Assembly: GCA_963675915.1 (NCBI GenBank)
Contig: OY780959.1
Span: 1,800,001 to 1,832,000 of the forward strand
Source of the DNA: Coprobacillaceae bacterium
GTDB taxonomy: Bacteria; Bacillota_I; Bacilli_A; Erysipelotrichales; Coprobacillaceae
Direction: 5' to 3'
DNA: 32,000 nucleotides
Each line of letters begins with the position of its first letter. The first letter of the stretch is position 1. The notes under the pieces were generated by a model. That model saw only the letters and a program-made list of their open reading frames with translations, was not told the DNA's origin and made no database searches. Positions 1 through 7,660 of this stretch are shown here, one piece after another. Both the position numbers and the translations under genes were made by a program.

Positions 1-1533
1 TTCATATCCCCGATGCCAAGTTGTTTTGATGACATTGCGCATCACCGGCAGATGATAAGTCGGCATTTCCATCACAAAAGGAGCCGGCTGCCCGGAAAAA
101 TTCCGGGTTTTCTTCAAAATGATTCCGGATACCCCTACAGCAACAATTCCAATAAAGTATGCCGAAGGAGCCACCCACCAGGAACCATTGAACAGGGCTA
201 CCGCAATCAGGGAAATGATTGGGATTTTGGCCGAGCAGGGGATGAATGTTGTGGTTATGATTGTTATTCTTCGATCCCGTTGCGATTCAATCGTTCTAGT
301 CGCCATAATTCCCGGAACTCCACATCCGGTCGATACTAGCATCGGGATGATTGATTTACCCGAAAGTCCAAATCTTCTAAAGACCTTGTCCATAATAAAT
401 GCGATTCGGGACATGTATCCGATATCTTCAAGAATCGCCATCAAAAAAGAAAGCACCATTATTTGCGGAACGAATCCCAGAACCGATCCGACCCCACCAA
501 TCACTCCATCAATTACCAGACCCTCAACCCATGATGAGACCCCCCATATTCCAAACAATGTGGTAAGTCCTCCTTGGACCCAGTCAGCCACGATCACATC
601 ATTGGTGAAATCAGTAGCCCACTTACCAACAGTGGAAATGGCAATGAAATAAATCATAAAAATTATCACGATGAAGATTGGAATTGCCAGATACTTGTTT
701 GTAACGATTTTGTCGATTTTGACCGTCAGCGACTCGCTAGTATCCGATGCTCTGATCAAATACCTGGAAGTGTACTTGGTCACATAGTTATAACGGTCAT
801 TGGTGATGATTGAATGAATATCGTCATCTTGCCGGGCTTCAGCTTGAGTCACATATGACTCGATGATTTTAAGATCCTCGGGAGTAAACTTGATTCGATC
901 CAGAATCAGAGCGTCTTTTTCAATTGACTTGATCGCCAGATAACGACACACCCGGTCATCATAACCGTATTTCCCCACTATATCCTCGACATGGGCAATC
1001 ACGTGCTCGATGTCTCCCGAGTAACGGGGCTCTCGAGGAAGATTTCGATCCTTGCTGCGCAAAATCGCCCTTTCAATCACGTTATCGATACCCTCGCCAT
1101 GCAAAGCTGAAATTTCAACAATATCAACCCCAAAAGACTTTGACAGTTTCTCCAAGTTGATTTGATCACCGTTTTTACGGACCACATCGATCATATTCAA
1201 AGCGAGAACTACTGGAATTCCCAGTTCGAATATTTGAGTTGAAAGGTACAGGTTCCTTTCAAGATTAGTCGCATCGACAATATTTATTATTACGTCAGGC
1301 GTCTCATTTACCAGATAATCACGGGCCACAACCTCTTCTAAGGTGTAAGGAGACAGTGAATAAACTCCCGGAAGGTCGACTACAATGGAATCAGGATGGT
1401 TCTTAATGGTTCCGGTTTTCTTTTCGACAGTAACTCCCGGCCAATTACCGACAGTCTGATTCGATCCGGTAAGGTTATTGAATAACGTAGTCTTCCCGCT
1501 GTTGGGATTACCAATCAGGGCAATATTGACCAT
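1..1533 (-). CDS. feoB: Ferrous iron transporter FeoB, truncated by the window edge (N-terminal ~511 aa present)
   Basis: Absent from the ORF track because it runs off the left edge. The reverse complement from ATG 1533-1531 reads MVNIALIGNPNSGKTTLFNNLTGSNQTVGNWPGVTVEK (GTPase P-loop). Further in, PMLVSTGCGVPGIMA (rc of ~301-345) is the conserved FeoB membrane motif. It starts 1 nt after the feoA stop. Confidence 0.9.
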   Translation of the reverse strand, partial: MVNIALIGNPNSGKTTLFNNLTGSNQTVGNWPGVTVEKKTGTIKNHPDSIVVDLPGVYSLSPYTLEEVVARDYLVNETPDVIINIVDATNLERNLYLSTQIFELGIPVVLALNMIDVVRKNGDQINLEKLSKSFGVDIVEISALHGEGIDNVIERAILRSKDRNLPREPRYSGDIEHVIAHVEDIVGKYGYDDRVCRYLAIKSIEKDALILDRIKFTPEDLKIIESYVTQAEARQDDDIHSIITNDRYNYVTKYTSRYLIRASDTSESLTVKIDKIVTNKYLAIPIFIVIIFMIYFIAISTVGKWATDFTNDVIVADWVQGGLTTLFGIWGVSSWVEGLVIDGVIGGVGSVLGFVPQIMVLSFLMAILEDIGYMSRIAFIMDKVFRRFGLSGKSIIPMLVSTGCGVPGIMATRTIESQRDRRITIITTTFIPCSAKIPIISLIAVALFNGSWWVAPSAYFIGIVAVGVSGIILKKTRNFSGQPAPFVMEMPTYHLPVMRNVIKTTWHRGYE

Positions 1534-1534
1534 A

Positions 1535-1765
1535 TTATTCACCTCCTTCAACTACTATCATCTTGGCATCATCTTTTCTGATTGTCAATTCATAGCCGCG
1601 CAAAGACAACTGAATCGGATCACCCAATGGCGCCAGTTTACGAACTTTGACTTCGATTCCTTTAGTTATTCCCATATCCATGATTCTTCTCCGGGTAGCT
1701 CCCTGGCCGTTTATCTTTTTGATGACCGCCGTTTCTCCAACCCGCACCTGATCTAGAGTCTTCAT
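1535..1765 (-). CDS. feoA: FeoA family iron transport protein
   Basis: Sequence MKTLDQVRVGETAVIKKINGQGATRRRIMDMGITKGIEVKVRKLAPLGDPIQL is typical FeoA. The track start at 1798 lies at or upstream of the predicted transcription start, so the internal ATG at 1765 is preferred. Confidence 0.85.
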   Translation of the reverse strand: MKTLDQVRVGETAVIKKINGQGATRRRIMDMGITKGIEVKVRKLAPLGDPIQLSLRGYELTIRKDDAKMIVVEGGE

Positions 1766-1803
1766 ATTTATCCCTGCCTTTAATGTTAGAATAGTCAAAC
1801 ACT

Positions 1804-1832
1804 ATCTTAGCATCTACCTATTTTATTGTCAA
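1804..1832 (-). promoter_or_regulatory. Sigma-A type promoter of feoAB
   Basis: The minus strand reads TTGACA (1832-1827), a 17 nt spacer, then TAAGAT (1809-1804). Confidence 0.55.
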
Positions 1833-1861
1833 TCGATTTCATGACAGTTGGTTGACATCAA

Positions 1862-1892
1862 AACAAAAAAGGGGACTGAAGTGATTCAGCCC
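1862..1892 (-). terminator. Intrinsic terminator of the two-component operon
   Basis: The minus strand reads gggctgaa-tcac-ttcag(t)ccc followed by cttttttg. The hairpin overlaps the kinase stop codon. Confidence 0.7.
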
Positions 1893-2968
1893 TCTTGATA
1901 ATGAATTGGTATTTCAATTGTGAAAAGCGTTCCTTCTCCCGGTGTTGACATGACCCGCACCAGTCCTTGACAGGCCTCGATATTTTCTTTAAGCATGTAT
2001 AGCCCGATTCCCTCCCCGGGAACCATCGATACTCCCTCGCCTCGGTAGAATGCTTTGAAAATATGTTCGAGTTCGCTTTTGGTTATTCCGATTCCGGTAT
2101 CTTTGACTTTGATTATCGCCTTGTCATCCTCGCTGTAATAATCCAGTTCCACGGTGCCTCCGGGATTGGTATATTTGAACGCATTGTTAACGAGATTGTA
2201 AATTGATTGGGAAATTTTGAACCGATCGTTGTAGACCTTGGTTATCTGATCATTATTTATTTTCAATTCAATTCCTTTTTGGTTGAACTGCCTTTGATAT
2301 CCGGAAACTATCTTTTTGATGATATCCCGCAAATCAAAACTTTCCAATCGCATTTTGACTAGCTCGTAGCTGCCGTCAATCATCAATTCCATATTATCAA
2401 TCAATTCCTGAAGATTTTCAACCTGATTTTGACAGACTCTAATCTCGTCATCATCCATTTCCACCACACCATCTTCGATTCCTTCAAGGATATTTTTCAT
2501 GATTGTCAGAGGTGTTCTCGACTGGTGATAGAGTTGGTCATAGATGTTTTTCCGATTTTGATTTTTGATATTTAGTCTGGTGTTGATATCAATCAAAGTA
2601 TCGTTAAGATTATCGAATTCCTGGATTTTGGAATTACTGATTGGCACAAATTTTTCATCAGTTATGCTTTTGGCCGAGTCCACTGATTTCAAAACATCTT
2701 TTGACAGCCATCGGCTTACCAAAAAGGCCAAACAGACCGAGAATAGGATCCCCACTGCCGCAACTTTGAATCCTACCTCCAGGAGAAGCTGTTCGACATC
2801 GACAACCGTAATATAACCGGAGTGATGGCCATCAGGGACGAACTGGGCTCTAAAGCCACTTGAAAACAACTCCCCGAACATCAGAGTCGACAAACTAACC
2901 AGGATCACTGCACTGATTATCATGACGACCATCATCAAAGTTCTAATTTTAATTTTTCTTTTTTGCAT
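1886..2968 (-). CDS. Sensor histidine kinase with two TM helices, a short (~30 aa) external loop, a HAMP-like linker and HisKA + HATPase_c domains
   Basis: H-box YHQSRTPLT; N/G boxes NLVNNAFKYT, DTGIGI, GEGIGL. I prefer ATG 2968 (MQKRKIKIRT) because AAGGAG lies 6 nt upstream. The track start at 2983 is a TTG. Confidence 0.85.
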   Translation of the reverse strand: MQKRKIKIRTLMMVVMIISAVILVSLSTLMFGELFSSGFRAQFVPDGHHSGYITVVDVEQLLLEVGFKVAAVGILFSVCLAFLVSRWLSKDVLKSVDSAKSITDEKFVPISNSKIQEFDNLNDTLIDINTRLNIKNQNRKNIYDQLYHQSRTPLTIMKNILEGIEDGVVEMDDDEIRVCQNQVENLQELIDNMELMIDGSYELVKMRLESFDLRDIIKKIVSGYQRQFNQKGIELKINNDQITKVYNDRFKISQSIYNLVNNAFKYTNPGGTVELDYYSEDDKAIIKVKDTGIGITKSELEHIFKAFYRGEGVSMVPGEGIGLYMLKENIEACQGLVRVMSTPGEGTLFTIEIPIHYQEG

Positions 2969-3641
2969 GACCGGCTCCTTCAAAGTAATACCCCACTCCG
3001 TATTTGGTAATCAGATACTGAGGATTTTTGGGATCCGGTTCTATTTTCCTGCGGATCCGCTTGATATATGTATCAATTGAACGGTTATCAATTTCGGAAT
3101 CAAAGCCAAAAGCACTCTCAATCAGATTTTCGCGGGTAAAAACGTGATCTCGGTTTTTCATCAGGACTTCCAGAATACTGTACTCAATTTTCGAAAGATT
3201 GAGATTGTTATTTTCAAAAAAACCTTCTTTGCGGTCAAGATCGATTTTCAGCTGGCCGATTTCCACAAAATCATTCGCCCCATAGACCCGATTCAAAAAC
3301 ACCTTGATCCGCGACATCAACTCTTTCATCGAATAGGGTTTGACAATATAATCATCCGCACCCAGATCGAATCCCTTCAGGCGATCAACTTCAGCGATTC
3401 TGGCTGTTGTCATCAAAACCGGAACATTGGAAACATTGCGGATTCTTCTCAATATCTCCAAGCCATCGATTCCTTCCATCATGATGTCCAAGAGCACCAG
3501 ATGATACTCTTTTTCACTGAACATTTCCAATCCGGAAAAACCATCATGGCAAATATCATAATCATACCCGGCCTTATCAAGATACTTTCCCAAAATCCGG
3601 GAGATATCCTTTTCATCTTCAACAACCAAAATCCTATACAT
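2949..3641 (-). CDS. OmpR/PhoB-family response regulator
   Basis: Receiver domain (MYRILVVEDE, LVLLDIMMEG, KP) plus a winged-helix C-terminus (LITKYGVGYYF). Overlaps the kinase start by ~20 nt. Confidence 0.9.
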   Translation of the reverse strand: MYRILVVEDEKDISRILGKYLDKAGYDYDICHDGFSGLEMFSEKEYHLVLLDIMMEGIDGLEILRRIRNVSNVPVLMTTARIAEVDRLKGFDLGADDYIVKPYSMKELMSRIKVFLNRVYGANDFVEIGQLKIDLDRKEGFFENNNLNLSKIEYSILEVLMKNRDHVFTRENLIESAFGFDSEIDNRSIDTYIKRIRRKIEPDPKNPQYLITKYGVGYYFEGAGHAKKKN

Positions 3642-3658
3642 GTCCGACTCCTCCAGTG

Positions 3659-3925
3659 CTATTTTTTCTTCAGCACTTCTTTTCTTTTCAAATATTCTTC
3701 TTCATCTATTTTACCACTCGCATAGAGGTTTTTCAAAACATCAAGATGCGATGCCTCCTGTTTGCGATGATAAATGCGGTAGATGACTATTCCGGCAATG
3801 ATTAAAATCAAATAAGGCAAGAGACGGAATCCCCATCCCAACCAACTGCTATATCCCAAGAACTCTCCACAACCCCAGTCCATCATTCGGTCATGGTAAC
3901 CATACGCCAATAAATTGTTAAACAT
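3659..3925 (-). CDS. Small membrane protein with a C-terminal SHOCT domain
   Basis: 88 aa. The N-terminal segment is rich in Met/His/Trp/Gly/Cys (YGYHDRMMDWGCGEFLGYSSWLGWGF). It has one TM helix and the SHOCT-like tail LKNLYASGKIDEEEYLKRKEVL. AGGAGG lies 7 nt upstream. Confidence 0.75.
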   Translation of the reverse strand: MFNNLLAYGYHDRMMDWGCGEFLGYSSWLGWGFRLLPYLILIIAGIVIYRIYHRKQEASHLDVLKNLYASGKIDEEEYLKRKEVLKKK

Positions 3926-3937
3926 AATTAATTCCTC

Positions 3938-4114
3938 CTAGTCTTTTTCCAATACTTCCATTTTTTGATAATATTCCTGCGCATCTATCTCTCCCATCGC
4001 AAAGCGTCTAGCCAAGATATCCTTGGCATTGTCGGTTTTCTTTGTTCCGGCACGACTGAAGATGCCCTCTTTATACAGTAAGTATACTGGAATTCCGATT
4101 ATTAAATACCACAT
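3938..4114 (-). CDS. Small membrane protein with a C-terminal SHOCT domain (58 aa, below the ORF-track size cut-off)
   Basis: Hand translation: MWYLIIGIPVYLLYKEGIFSRAGTKKTDNAKDILARRFAMGEIDAQEYYQKMEVLEKD*. AGGAGG lies upstream (rc of 4121-4126). Its stop overlaps the RBS of the next SHOCT gene. Confidence 0.6.
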   Translation of the reverse strand: MWYLIIGIPVYLLYKEGIFSRAGTKKTDNAKDILARRFAMGEIDAQEYYQKMEVLEKD

Positions 4115-4177
4115 ATTTATACCTCCTGATAAAAATATATTCTCAAAATATGGCAGGGTTATGACACGGAAGGGTGT

Positions 4178-4816
4178 TTATTTTCTTTTTGGTGCATAAT
4201 CTTTCATTCCGGGAATTTTGCCGCCGGCAATCGCCCAAAGATACAGACTGGCAACCGAGCCGTAGGGGCTGAATCGCCGCTGATATTTTTTGAATAGTTT
4301 TTCAGTGATTTTCCGGTGATGATAAAGCATTCGCAATCCCTTTTTGATTGCCAGGTCACCATAGGAAAGGATATCGGGCCGTTGCATCGTAAAAATCATC
4401 AACATTTCCGCAGTCCACTTCCCAACCCCGTCAATCTTGATCAGTTCGGCGATGACCTCTTCATCGGACAAACTGTGTAAGCCCTCAAGATCAATTCTTC
4501 CAGAAGTCACCTCACCGGCAAATTTTTTGATATATTCGGCTTTCTTGAAAGTCATTCCCTTCTTTTGCAAGGTCCCAATATCTACTTCAGCCAACTTAGC
4601 CGGAGTCACATCTTCGAGTTCCAAAACAACCCGGTCCCAAATTGTCTGCTGCGCTTTGGTCGATATCTGCTGTGAGATTATTGACCTTACCACTCCAATA
4701 AAAAGATCATTTTCAACATCTCTTTCAATTAAGCCTATCTGCTCGATTGCCCATCTCATTTTTTGATCCCGGTTTGCCAGATATTCCAATTCCTTAGGTC
4801 CATATTCAAAATACAT
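4178..4816 (-). CDS. DNA-3-methyladenine glycosylase II family protein (HhH-GPD)
   Basis: Helix-hairpin-helix IDGVGKWTAEMLMIF and the catalytic-Asp region SYGDLAIKKG. The track start at 4846 is a GTG only ~7 nt from a TATAAT. ATG 4816 (MYFEYG) has GGAGGA 9 nt upstream. Confidence 0.8.
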   Translation of the reverse strand: MYFEYGPKELEYLANRDQKMRWAIEQIGLIERDVENDLFIGVVRSIISQQISTKAQQTIWDRVVLELEDVTPAKLAEVDIGTLQKKGMTFKKAEYIKKFAGEVTSGRIDLEGLHSLSDEEVIAELIKIDGVGKWTAEMLMIFTMQRPDILSYGDLAIKKGLRMLYHHRKITEKLFKKYQRRFSPYGSVASLYLWAIAGGKIPGMKDYAPKRK

Positions 4817-4909
4817 GCCAATCATTCCTCCATCTGTATTTTCCACTCATCTTTTACAATTATAATCCATTTGACTTGTAATATCCATTTTTTAGGATAC
4901 AATGGTAGT

Positions 4910-5364
4910 ATGACAAGACTGATAGACGAAATAATCATTGAACTAAATAACAACGGAAATTACGCAATGCTCCATGAGTTCATCGCCCACGGGACCAAAA
5001 CTGTTTTCGAACATTCCCGGGATGTTGCGATTGAAAGCATCCGTCTGAAACATAAATATGGAATCGAAGTCGACGAAAGGCGACTAATCACAGCGGCCCT
5101 GCTTCATGACTACTATCTGTATGACTGGCATGACAAAAACGGATCCCACCAGCTTCATGGTTTTTTCCATGTAAAATTGCCGGTGACAACGCCCTCAGGG
5201 ATTATGATATCGATGTGGAAATAAGACACGCAATCGAGCGCCATATGTTCCCTTTGACCATAATGCCTCCAAACAGCAAGATTGGCATCATTGTTACAAT
5301 AGCCGATAAAATATGCGCTACCAGGGAAACTCTCTTTATGCGAAGAAAAACAATCCGCGATTAG
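4910..5364 (+). pseudogene. HD-domain phosphohydrolase split by a -1 frameshift, or a homopolymer sequencing error
   Basis: Frame A reads MTRLIDEI...AALLHDYYLYDWHDKNGSHQLHGFFH and then hits a stop after 17 junk codons. From 5173 the shifted frame (+2) reads KIAGDNALRDYDIDVEIRHAIERHMFPLTIMPPNSKIGIIVTIADKICATRETLF...*. That frame ends at 5364 inside a terminator hairpin. The switch is at the A4 run 5173-5176. Confidence 0.75.
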
Positions 5365-5375
5365 CGGATTTTTTA
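5352..5375 (+). terminator. Intrinsic terminator of the HD-domain gene
   Basis: aatccgc-gatta-gcggatt followed by T6. It overlaps the stop codon of the downstream (shifted) reading frame. Confidence 0.7.
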
Positions 5376-5668
5376 CTATATTCACAAATCGGCATCCATT
5401 TATTTAAGATTATAATTAATTTGTCCGGTTTGACCCAAAGATTGAATATAGTTACCTAATTTAATAAGGTTTCCCTTGATAATTTAATACAAAAAACATC
5501 TGATATGAAAATAATTTAGTTTTTTCGTAAACTTAGGTTGTAAATTTGTACAAATCATGCATATCACATAATTACACACAGTTATCCCATGATTCAACTC
5601 CAATAATGTGTTATTCTATCAATGTAATAAACTAGCTAATAGAGTTTAATTACATTCAATTTCTTCCG

Positions 5669-5700
5669 AAAATAGCACGAGAGTGCTATTTTTACATTTT
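5669..5700 (+). terminator. Orphan intrinsic terminator inside the ORF-free AT-rich island
   Basis: aaaatagcac-gaga-gtgctatttt, followed by tacatttt. No CDS lies upstream on this strand. Confidence 0.5.
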
Positions 5701-5844
5701 ATTGGAACATTACCTGCAAATTAGCAGCATTTCACACAATTACCCGTAATATTTCAATATTCTACTGACAAAGATGAGCTATGATATGAATGTAAGAAAA
5801 CTTACACTTTCTCTCTCATACTTATAATAGATATATTTCTCTAA

Positions 5845-5882
5845 CCAAAGGCGGCCGATCTGGCCGCCTTTGGCTTTTTCTT
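5845..5882. terminator. Strong GC-rich hairpin terminator, best U-tract on the plus strand; presumably also ends the minus-strand PTS operon
   Basis: ccaaaggcggcc-gatct-ggccgcctttgg (12 bp stem) followed by ctttttctt on the plus strand. On the minus strand the trailing tract (ttagag) is poor. Confidence 0.8.
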
Positions 5883-5906
5883 AATTGAAAAAAACGCCTG
5901 ATTAAA

Positions 5907-6764
5907 TCAATCAAGACGTTTTTGACTATTGCTTCTTTCTATCTCGTCATTTTTAATCCGTTCAATATGGATTGCCAGATAACTGACCTCGATATCATCA
6001 AGCGGATAATTGAAATCCGCTGATATTTCCGCACAAATTTTTTGAGCAAGCGAGTAAGCATATTCATATTTTAATTTAATGAATTCCGATATATCGACTG
6101 ACAGAACTTCCTGCTTTTCAATTCTGACCAGCATATATTTAATATGGGTCAAAAAACGGTTGTAGAAAACAGTATTATTGTCGATAACTATTTCAAAATC
6201 CCGTTCCATTACCCCTAAGTACTTATTTACAATCCTGGTCAGTTCCAGAAAATTATTGATTTTGGTGGAAACAGTTAAAGAAGTGTGAATATGCAAAGTG
6301 ATAAAAGCAATTTCCTCTTCGTTGATCACAACCCCACATTTTTCGTAAATAATATCCTTGGCCTTCATCGCCACGGCATATTCCTGATCGAATATCACCG
6401 AGATATCCTGCGAGAAGGGATTGGTGATATCGATATTGTTTTTGATTCGATAAACCGCAAATTCGATATGATCAGCCAGAGCTATGAGAATTTTATCATC
6501 AACACTATCAAATTCCTTTTTCGCCAAAGCGATAATTTCCCCTGCTATTTCGATAAACAGCGGATCGGTGTGGGTAACCACTTCTCTGATTTTCTTCTGG
6601 TCTTCATTTGCCAAGGAGTAAATCTGATACTTCTCATCATTTTCAATCAGATTTCCCGGCTTTTGGTTAAAGCCTATTCCATTGGATAAAATTATTGTTT
6701 CCACATCATTTTCATCTTTTACAAGAACACAAGAATTATTTAATACCCGTAATATTTGGAACAT
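5907..6764 (-). CDS. glcT: BglG/LicT/GlcT-family PRD-containing transcription antiterminator
   Basis: CAT domain MFQILRVLNNSCVLVKDENDVETIILSNGIGF and two PRDs with conserved His (ADHIEF, LHIHTS, LTHIKY, AIHIER). The cognate ptsG-type RAT lies at 9393-9420. The start overlaps the EIIA stop (TAATG). Confidence 0.85.
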   Translation of the reverse strand: MFQILRVLNNSCVLVKDENDVETIILSNGIGFNQKPGNLIENDEKYQIYSLANEDQKKIREVVTHTDPLFIEIAGEIIALAKKEFDSVDDKILIALADHIEFAVYRIKNNIDITNPFSQDISVIFDQEYAVAMKAKDIIYEKCGVVINEEEIAFITLHIHTSLTVSTKINNFLELTRIVNKYLGVMERDFEIVIDNNTVFYNRFLTHIKYMLVRIEKQEVLSVDISEFIKLKYEYAYSLAQKICAEISADFNYPLDDIEVSYLAIHIERIKNDEIERSNSQKRLD

Positions 6765-7240
6765 TATTTCAATTTAGCAACCAAATCGCCAGTCGTCACT
6801 TCGCCGTAATTGAATTCAAGTTCTTTGCCTTGGGCAACTGAAGTAAACACCATGACCAAGACATCGCTTGTGGCATTCGCTTTGATATAGTCCAAATCAG
6901 CTTCAATCAGCAGATCCCCAGGTTTAACCATTTGACCTTTTTCAATATGGCTTGTGAATCCCTGACCATTCAACGCTACAGTTTCCAAACCGAAGTGCAA
7001 CAGGATTTCAGTCCCATCATCCATCTTCAGACCAACTGCATGCAAAGTAGGGAAAACCAATGAGACCTCAGCTTTGGCCGGGGCAACCAGTTTACCATCC
7101 TTAGGTTCAATCATGATTCCGTCACCCATCATTCTTTGTGAGAATACCGGATCCGGAGTCGCTTCAATGTTTTTGGCAATTCCATTTACTGGCGCTGTGA
7201 TTTCGATAAATTTGTTTTTCTTTCTTTTGAATATATTCAT
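6764..7240 (-). CDS. crr: PTS glucose-family EIIA component
   Basis: 158 aa with the EIIA-Glc signatures GDGIMIEP, FPTLHAVG and LLHFGLETVALNGQGF. Confidence 0.9.
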   Translation of the reverse strand: MNIFKRKKNKFIEITAPVNGIAKNIEATPDPVFSQRMMGDGIMIEPKDGKLVAPAKAEVSLVFPTLHAVGLKMDDGTEILLHFGLETVALNGQGFTSHIEKGQMVKPGDLLIEADLDYIKANATSDVLVMVFTSVAQGKELEFNYGEVTTGDLVAKLK

Positions 7241-7241
7241 T

Positions 7242-7658
7242 TTAACACTCCTTAATTCTTGTATTTAATATAATGTCATGTGGCAGTTCTAATCTCAGAT
7301 TTCTTTTCATAATTCCGTTTACGACAATCAGATAACATCCGATTATCGGGATGAAAATCGGCGCCATCGAAAATTTAAGCACCAATTCCCTTAGAAAAGA
7401 TTGAAAAAAAGTACGTGGTGTCTTATCGATGTTTTCAACTTTAATATGCATCAAAATCATTCCAAGTGTCTGGCCGTCAGTTCTGACAGGCAGATAGACG
7501 GTTAGATACATCAAGATTATTATAGCACATGCCAACATGTAATATGAACGCAGATAATAATTTTGCCCAACGAAAGATCTTTGAAAAAATAAGAAGACCG
7601 ACGTGGCAAACAGATTCAAACACAGGTCGATAAGATAGGCTACATACTTTTTCATCAT
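7242..7658 (-). CDS. RDD-family integral membrane protein
   Basis: 138 aa with ~3 TM helices. RDD-like motifs YLIDL..., RTDGQTLGMILMHIKV and LPHDIILNTRI. It sits 2 nt after the ptsG stop and 1 nt before the EIIA start. Confidence 0.7.
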   Translation of the reverse strand: MMKKYVAYLIDLCLNLFATSVFLFFQRSFVGQNYYLRSYYMLACAIIILMYLTVYLPVRTDGQTLGMILMHIKVENIDKTPRTFFQSFLRELVLKFSMAPIFIPIIGCYLIVVNGIMKRNLRLELPHDIILNTRIKEC

Positions 7659-7660
7659 TA

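Noticed and set aside
13-813. Plus-strand ORFs 13-339, 119-652 and 574-813.
   Set aside because: They are antisense to the clearly recognisable feoB reading frame, have no RBS, and give low-complexity translations.
1800-1860. Searched the feoAB promoter region for a Fur box.
   Set aside because: Only a half-site-like TGACAAT is present, with no 7-1-7 or 19-bp palindrome, so no call is made.
5155-5385. Minus-strand 76-aa ORF.
   Set aside because: It is antisense to the C-terminal (shifted) frame of the HD-domain gene, which has obvious family similarity, and it spans that gene's terminator.
5774-5827. 17-codon ORF MSYDMNVRKLTLSLSYL in the AT-rich island, considered as a possible small toxin or leader peptide.
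   Set aside because: It has no Shine-Dalgarno sequence, is not hydrophobic enough for a type I toxin, and no downstream gene exists for a leader-peptide role.
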